DNA of 64,000 nucleotides from Picochlorum sp. SENEW3 (lineage: Eukaryota), in contig CP120463.1 of NCBI GenBank assembly GCA_034226945.1, positions 372,001 through 436,000 of the forward strand. Direction: 5' to 3'. Shown here one piece after another: positions 55,229-64,000 of the stretch. The notes under the pieces are model-generated. The model worked only from the letters and a program-made list of their open reading frames with translations, searched no databases and was not told where the DNA came from. Position 1 is the first letter of the stretch; every line of letters starts with the position of its first letter. The translations under genes were made by a program, and so were the position numbers.

Positions 55229-58200
55229 ATGTCTCCGTCGGCCACAGAGATGTTTGCTCGTCTCGTGCGTGAGCATCCTTTGGTGCTCGCGGGAGGAATA
55301 GTTGTTTTAATTCCAGCGGTTGTTCTGTTTGGCATGTCGTTTCTTCTATTGGTGTCAGCGCTGGTGATTCCAATGCTGATTCCAGTCGTGGCTATAGCTG
55401 GGGTGCGTTTTTGGATGATGTTTTTGATGCGTGATCGAGTATCGGTCGCTGATGCGTGTCTTGTATCGTAGGGTGCTATATATATGGGGCAAGGGGATGC
55501 TCTGCTAGAGATTGGAAGGCATGTGCTCCAGAGCGTGAATAATTTGGGTGCTAGATTAGTGAGTGGTGCTGAGGAGCAGAGTGCAGCTGATGAGCAGGCA
55601 CCTCCTGCTCCGGTTCCAACGTACCGTGTTCACGACGAGTCTTCGTCGTTGAAGAAGAGTGATGCGTTCGACAAGCTGGATGCGTTGATGCAAGAGCGCA
55701 TCATGTTCATCGATGGCGCCATGGGCACCCAAATCCAAAAGTGGAAGCTGCAGGAGGAGGACTTCCGTGGGGAGCGGTACAAGGACCACAAGGACGAGCT
55801 GAAGGGGAACAACGACATCCTTGTGATCGCGCGTCCAGATGTGGTGGAGTCGATCCACAATGCGTTTTTGGAGGCTGGTGCCGACATCATTGAGACCAAC
55901 ACGTTCAATGGCACCACCATCTCTCAGGCTGACTACTCTCTGGACCAGAAAGAGGAGGTGGACCTGATCAACCGCACCGCCGCCCAGGTGGCGAAGAAGT
56001 GCACCAAGGCGTACATGGAGGCTCATCCCGGGAGCGTGAAGTTTGTGGCTGGGGCGATCGGCCCCACCAACAAGACGCTGAGTGTGTCTCCCAGCGTGGA
56101 GAACCCAGCGCTTCGTGGCATCACGTTTGACGAGGTGGCGCAGGCGTACTACGAGCAGGCGATCGCGCTGTACGACGGCGGCGTTGACGTCTTCTTGGTG
56201 GAGACCATTTTCGACACAGGGAATGCGCGCGCGGCTCTGTACGCCCTTGACAAGTTCTTCAAGGAGAAGGGGGTGCGCATCCCAGTGTTTGTGTCTGGCA
56301 CGATTGTGGACAACTCTGGCCGCACGCTGAGCGGTCAGACCAACGAGGCATTCTGGAACAGCATCTCTCATGCCAAGCCGTATGCAGTTGGTCTGAACTG
56401 TGCCCTTGGCGCCAAGGACATGAAGCAGTACATTGCCAATTTGAGCCGGTGTGCGGACTGCTACGTGTTCTGCTACCCGAATGCTGGGTTGCCGAACGCG
56501 ATGGGCGGGTACGACCAGGGCGGCCCGGAGATGGGTGAAGAAGTACGTCCATTCTGCGAGGAGGGTCTCGTGAATGCGATTGGGGGCTGCTGCGGCACCG
56601 GCCCAGAGCACATTGCTGCCATCAAGAAGGTGGCCTCCGAGTATGCTCCACGTCAGAAGCACCCTGTGGAAGACATCATGCGCTTGAGCGGTCTTGAGCC
56701 TCTGAACTACCGTCCAAAGGAGGATGACATGCGGTCGACGTTCCTGAAGATTGGGGAGCGTTGCAACGTGGCTGGGTCACGCATCTACAAGAAGGCTATT
56801 GTGGACGGAGATTACGACAAGGCTCTTGGCATTGCGGTGTCCCAGGTGAACCAGGGGGCTGACATCTTGGATATCAACATGGACGACGGTTTGATTGAGG
56901 GTGTGTCTGCGATGACGCGTTTCGTGAACCTGTTGGTGTCTGATCCAGAGGTTTCCCGCGTCCCATTCATGATTGACTCGTCCAAGTTCCACATTGTGGA
57001 GGCTGGGATCAAGTGCTGCCAGGGCAAGTGCATCGTCAATTCTATCTCGATGAAAGAGGGCGAGGACAAGTTCAGAGAGCAAGCATCTGAGATTCGTCGC
57101 CACGGGGCTGCTGTGGTGGTGATGGCGTTCGACGAGGAGGGCCAGGCGGCGACGTGTGAAGACAAGGTCCGCATCTGCACTCGCGCATATCGCATTTTGG
57201 TCGAGGAGGTCGGTTTCAACTCTCAGGACATCATTTTCGATCCAAACATTTTGACTGTTGGTACTGGTCTGGCAGAGCACAACAACTATGCGGTTGACTT
57301 CATCCGTGCCACGTCAGAGATCAAGCGCCTGTGCCCCGGGGCCAAGGTGTCTGGTGGTGTGTCAAACATTGCCTTTTCCTTCCGCGGGAACGAGCCAGTC
57401 CGCCGTGCCTTCCACTCCTCATTCCTTCATCATGCTTGCAAGGCTGGTATGGACATGGGTATTGTGAATGCCAAGCAAGTCCAGGAGGACGTGTATGAGA
57501 AGATTGACAAGGAGCTGCTAGAGATGGTGGAGGATGTTCTGTTGAACAGGAGGGATGATGCAACCGAGAGACTCCTTGAATATGCGGCTACGCTTGACCC
57601 CAAGAGTACTCCAACAAACGTCAAAAAGCTCAATGCTGGGCCAGTGTTGCCTGAGAAGGTCAACCCTATTCCCAAGGGATTCGATCCGCTCGCTCCACCA
57701 GAGAACTTGCCACCAGTCCCAACGTACCGTGTTCACGACGAGTCTTCGTCGTTGAAGAAGAGTGATGCGTTCGACAAGCTGGATGCGTTGATGCAAGAGC
57801 GCATCATGTTCATCGATGGCGCCATGGGCACCCAAATCCAAAAGTGGAAGCTGCAGGAGGAGGACTTCCGTGGGGAGCGGTACAAGGACCACAAGGACGA
57901 GCTGAAGGGGAACAACGACATCCTTGTGATCGCGCGTCCAGATGTGGTGGAGTCGATCCACAATGCGTTTTTGGAGGCTGGTGCCGACATCATTGAGACC
58001 AACACGTTCAATGGCACCACCATCTCTCAGGCTGACTACTCTCTGGACCAGAAAGAGGAGGTGGACCTGATCAACCGCACCGCCGCCCAGGTGGCGAAGA
58101 AGTGCACCAAGGCGTACATGGAGGCTCATCCCGGGAGCGTGAAGTTTGTGGCTGGGGCGATCGGCCCCACCAACAAGACGCTGAGTGTGTCTCCCAGCGT

Positions 58201-61200
58201 GGAGAACCCAGCGCTTCGTGGCATCACGTTTGACGAGGTGGCGCAGGCGTACTACGAGCAGGCGATCGCGCTGTACGACGGCGGCGTTGACGTCTTCTTG
58301 GTGGAGACCATTTTCGACACAGGGAATGCGCGCGCGGCTCTGTACGCCCTTGACAAGTTCTTCAAGGAGAAGGGGGTGCGCATCCCAGTGTTTGTGTCTG
58401 GCACGATTGTGGACAACTCTGGCCGCACGCTGAGCGGTCAGACCAACGAGGCATTCTGGAACAGCATCTCTCATGCCAAGCCGTATGCAGTTGGTCTGAA
58501 CTGTGCCCTTGGCGCCAAGGACATGAAGCAGTACATTGCCAATTTGAGCCGGTGTGCGGACTGCTACGTGTTCTGCTACCCGAATGCTGGGTTGCCGAAC
58601 GCGATGGGCGGGTACGACCAGGGCGGCCCGGAGATGGGTGAAGAAGTACGTCCATTCTGCGAGGAGGGTCTCGTGAATGCGATTGGGGGCTGCTGCGGCA
58701 CCGGCCCAGAGCACATTGCTGCCATCAAGAAGGTGGCCTCCGAGTATGCTCCACGTCAGAAGCACCCTGTGGAAGACATCATGCGCTTGAGCGGTCTTGA
58801 GCCTCTGAACTACCGTCCAAAGGAGGATGACATGCGGTCGACGTTCCTGAAGATTGGGGAGCGTTGCAACGTGGCTGGGTCACGCATCTACAAGAAGGCT
58901 ATTGTGGACGGAGATTACGACAAGGCTCTTGGCATTGCGGTGTCCCAGGTGAACCAGGGGGCTGACATCTTGGATATCAACATGGACGACGGTTTGATTG
59001 AGGGTGTGTCTGCGATGACGCGTTTCGTGAACCTGTTGGTGTCTGATCCAGAGGTTTCCCGCGTCCCATTCATGATTGACTCGTCCAAGTTCCACATTGT
59101 GGAGGCTGGGATCAAGTGCTGCCAGGGCAAGTGCATCGTCAATTCTATCTCGATGAAAGAGGGCGAGGACAAGTTCAGAGAGCAAGCATCTGAGATTCGT
59201 CGCCACGGGGCTGCTGTGGTGGTGATGGCGTTCGACGAGGAGGGCCAGGCGGCGACGTGTGAAGACAAGGTCCGCATCTGCACTCGCGCATATCGCATTT
59301 TGGTCGAGGAGGTCGGTTTCAACTCTCAGGACATCATTTTCGATCCAAACATTTTGACTGTTGGTACTGGTCTGGCAGAGCACAACAACTATGCGGTTGA
59401 CTTCATCCGTGCCACGTCAGAGATCAAGCGCCTGTGCCCTGGGGCCAAGGTGTCTGGTGGTGTGTCAAACATTGCCTTTTCCTTCCGCGGGAACGAGCCA
59501 GTCCGCCGTGCCTTCCACTCCTCATTCCTTCATCATGCTTGCAAGGCTGGTATGGACATGGGTATTGTGAATGCCAAGCAAGTCCAGGAGGACGTGTATG
59601 AGAAGATTGACAAGGAGCTGCTAGAGATGGTGGAGGATGTTCTGTTGAATCGTTGTGAGAATGCAACCGAGAGACTCCTTGAATATGCGGCTACGTTAGA
59701 TCCAAAGAGTACACCCACGAATGTGAGAAGAAAGGGGGAGAGCGACAATTCATCTTCAGATAAGAAGACTGGTGACTCATGGAGAGATTTACCTGTTGAG
59801 AAACGTATTGAGCATGCCCTTATCAAAGGTATTGATGCCCATGTGGTGGCTGATACAGAGGAAGCTCGTGTGTCTGGCCGTTACCCAGAGCCTTTGAATG
59901 TTATTGAAGGTCCTCTCATGGATGGTATGAATGTTGTCGGGGATTTGTTTGGTGCGGGCAAAATGTTCTTGCCTCAGGTAATCAAATCTGCACGAGTGAT
60001 GAAGAAGGCTGTAGGCCACCTTATTCCGTTCATTGAGGAAGCGAAAAAGAATTCCGGAGTCACATCTGATAATGCTGGAGTAATAATTATGGCGACTGTT
60101 AAAGGAGACGTACATGACATTGGAAAGAATATTGTATCAGTTGTTCTGGGTTGCAATAATTTCAAAGTCATTGATGTAGGAGTCATGTGTCCATGGGAAA
60201 CCATTCTGGATGCAGCAGAGGAGCACAAGGCTGATATCATTGGTCTCTCCGGTCTGATCACTCCATCGTTGGACGAAATGGTCACTGTTGCAAAGAAAAT
60301 GGAAGAAAGAGGTTTGAGATTGCCACTGCTCATTGGTGGGGCAACCACATCAAAGATGCACACGGCTGTCAAGATTGCTCCGCAGTACTCAGGCTCAGTT
60401 GTGTATGTCCTCGATGCTTCTCGCTCTGTACCTGTGGTTCAGTCGCTGTTGGATCCTAACGCAACACAGGACTTCCAAGATGATGTTAGAGAACAGTATG
60501 AGGAATTGAGAGAGGAGTTCTATGCCGGCTTGGAAGATAGGACATACCTTACTCTGACGGATTGCCAGGCCAAGAAAATCCAGGTCGACTGGTCTTTGCC
60601 AGAGTATAAGCCTATCAGGCCTGCAATTCTGGGCACAAAAGTATTCAAAGATTATCCATTGGAAGAGGTCGTGCCTTACATTGATTGGAATCCTTTCTTC
60701 CAGGTATGGCAGCTGAGGGGAAGATATCCAAATAGAGGTTACCCCAAGATTTTCAAAGATGAGACTGTGGGAGCGGAAGCTAAGCGCCTGTTCGATGAGG
60801 CGCAGGAATTGCTGCAAAAAATTATCGATGGAAAACTCCTTACATTGGTGGGCATTGTCGGTTTGTATCCAGCAAATGCTATTGGGGATGATATTGAGGT
60901 GTATCAGGACGAGACGAGATCTGACATCATAGGCAAGTTCTATGGATTGCGTCAGCAAGCTGAGAAAGAGACAGAGGAACCATATACTTGCATCTCGGAT
61001 TTCATTGCTCCAAAAGACACTGGAATGGTGGACTATGTTGGGGCATTTGCAAACTCTGCTCTTGGGGTCGAAAAGCTCACAGAGGAGTATAAACAAGCTG
61101 GTGACGACTATAACTACATCATGGCAGAAGCACTTGCAGATCGTCTAGCAGAAGCATTTGCAGAGAAGTTGCATGAGGTGGTCCGCCAAGAGTTGTGGGG

Positions 61201-61543
61201 CTACTCAAAGGATGAGAAGCTCGATGTTGATGACCTGCTCAAGGTGAAATATCAAGGCATCCGTCCAGCAGCAGGATATCCATCACAACCAGATCATACA
61301 GAGAAAAAGACAATGTGGAACATGATGAATATCAAAGAAGAAATTGGCATGGATTTGACAGAGTCAATGGCCATGTTGCCAGCAGCCTCTGTGTCTGGTC
61401 TGTACTTTGCTGCTCCTCATTCGCATTACTTTGCTGTGGGTAAGATTACCCAGGATCAAGTTGTCGATTACGCAGAGAGAAAGAAGATGCCATTGGAAGA
61501 AGCAGAGAAGTGGCTTCGGCCAATGCTCAGTTATGAACCATAA
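55229..61543 (+). CDS. METH: Cobalamin-dependent methionine synthase with N-terminal hydrophobic extension and duplicated Hcy/pterin domains; exons 55229-55402 and 55472-61543 (~2,080 aa)
   Basis: DGAMGT, GLNC, GGCCGT and IGERCNV each occur twice. One cap/B12 domain ([32 protein letters not shown]) and one AdoMet activation domain (GIRPAAGYP). The GTGCGT...TCGTAG intron 55403-55471 joins the upstream hydrophobic ORF in frame. Confidence 0.93.
55616..59649. repeat. Near-perfect intragenic direct repeat: 55616-57546 vs 57719-59649 (offset 2103 bp)
   Basis: Copies read identical apart from one synonymous C/T that I found (57337/59440). Alternate-frame ORFs in the track recur at +2103. Homology decays over the following ~75 bp. 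Confidence 0.97.
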
Positions 61544-61675
61544 AAACCATGTCTAATGCGATTATCTTTTTGGAAACAATCATGATTATTTTAGAATTTT
61601 TTTTAACCAGACTCGAAGATGCTTTTTGTTTACAGTGGATAGAATACCCCTTGCGTGGACAATTTGCAAAGAGAA

Positions 61676-63226
<1,551 letters not shown>

Positions 63227-64000
63227 TGTCAGTTGACTGGCTTCTTCTTCACAGTACAGATGATTGATACCCTCAAGACCTCACAGCAGGGATTTTCAGA
63301 CTGATTTGTTTAATACCAGTCTTGCAATCATATAATGATTTTATTTTTTCTGCCATGAGTCACGCCACAGTATTCAAATCAATGACTCACTCCCTAGAGA
63401 ACTCCTTGGATGGAATCCATGGGTATTTGAGTTGACTCCATGCATGTGCCTGATGTTGACCAGAGCATGTCTGTTGCCTTGAACAGCCCAAAGTACATCA
63501 ACTACATTCATTCCTTACAAAACGAGTGTCTTTTAATACGAAGAATAAAAATAAAAAATATGAAATCAAAAATATAGATGTCATGCGAGTCCTAATAGCA
63601 TCTAAACTGGATGCATTCAGACTGGACTGAAACTACATACATCAACGCAGGCACTGCTTGGAAAACATAAGGACAATGCAGGAACTTCTCTACTCAAAAT
63701 ACTCTAGGCGATAAAAAAAGACTTCTACGTGTGCTAACATTCAATTGGCGATTCATTCTTTTTCTTGTTTTACCATTCTATCAACGTGCAGCTTCCCCTC
63801 GCCCATTGCCAGATTCTTTCTGATGTTTCATACTGAAGGAAGCCAGAGCTTCTGGTCCAATAGGAAACTGCTCTACCTCTCCATCAATATTAAACAGCAC
63901 TGGACGACACCTCTTATCCTCATGCAGCAAGGATGAATTTTGAAAATGTTGAATTAATGCAAGCTTACCCTGAATGCGGCCATAGGCAATCTGGCAGACT

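Noticed and set aside
55556..58765. Long antisense ORFs (368 and 415 aa) within METH
   Set aside because: By-product of GC-rich codon usage on the sense strand, duplicated along with the repeat.
63781..64000. Possible 3' end of a minus-strand gene at the window edge (GTAAGC donor, short final exon)
   Set aside because: Weak acceptor and no recognisable protein; cannot be supported without flanking sequence.

Overview
Eukaryotic nuclear DNA from a very compact, intron-poor green alga. Plastid-targeted ZDS, GWD and NAGK, myosin VIII, VTC and METH, plus short GT-AG introns, suggest a Picochlorum-like trebouxiophyte; this assignment is an inference. About 30 protein genes are packed with spacers as short as 4-64 bp: TrpRS (3' end), RPB12, a pogo/CENP-B-type HTH protein, ZDS, IPUT1-like GT8, MIP, codanin-1, GH114, MATE, a GYF protein, two Cys-rich secreted paralogues, a secreted HExxH/DUF4157-like protein, GWD, myosin VIII, UTP10, NAGK, a SpoU methyltransferase, SPX-VTC, CK1, ABCF, an ankyrin protein, SDHAF4, GCP4, METH and beta-tubulin. 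Highlights: (1) a ~2,080-aa B12-dependent methionine synthase with a spliced-on hydrophobic N-terminal exon and an in-frame, near-identical, GC-elevated 2.1-kb duplication of its homocysteine- and pterin-binding modules; (2) four intron-encoded box C/D snoRNAs that the ORF track cannot show, with guides matching conserved LSU rRNA sites, plus an H/ACA candidate; (3) an island of unrecognised secreted Cys-rich proteins next to a DUF4157-like metallopeptidase-motif protein; (4) a transposase-derived DNA-binding gene lacking its DDE domain. rRNA target sequences and numbering are recalled from memory and need checking.
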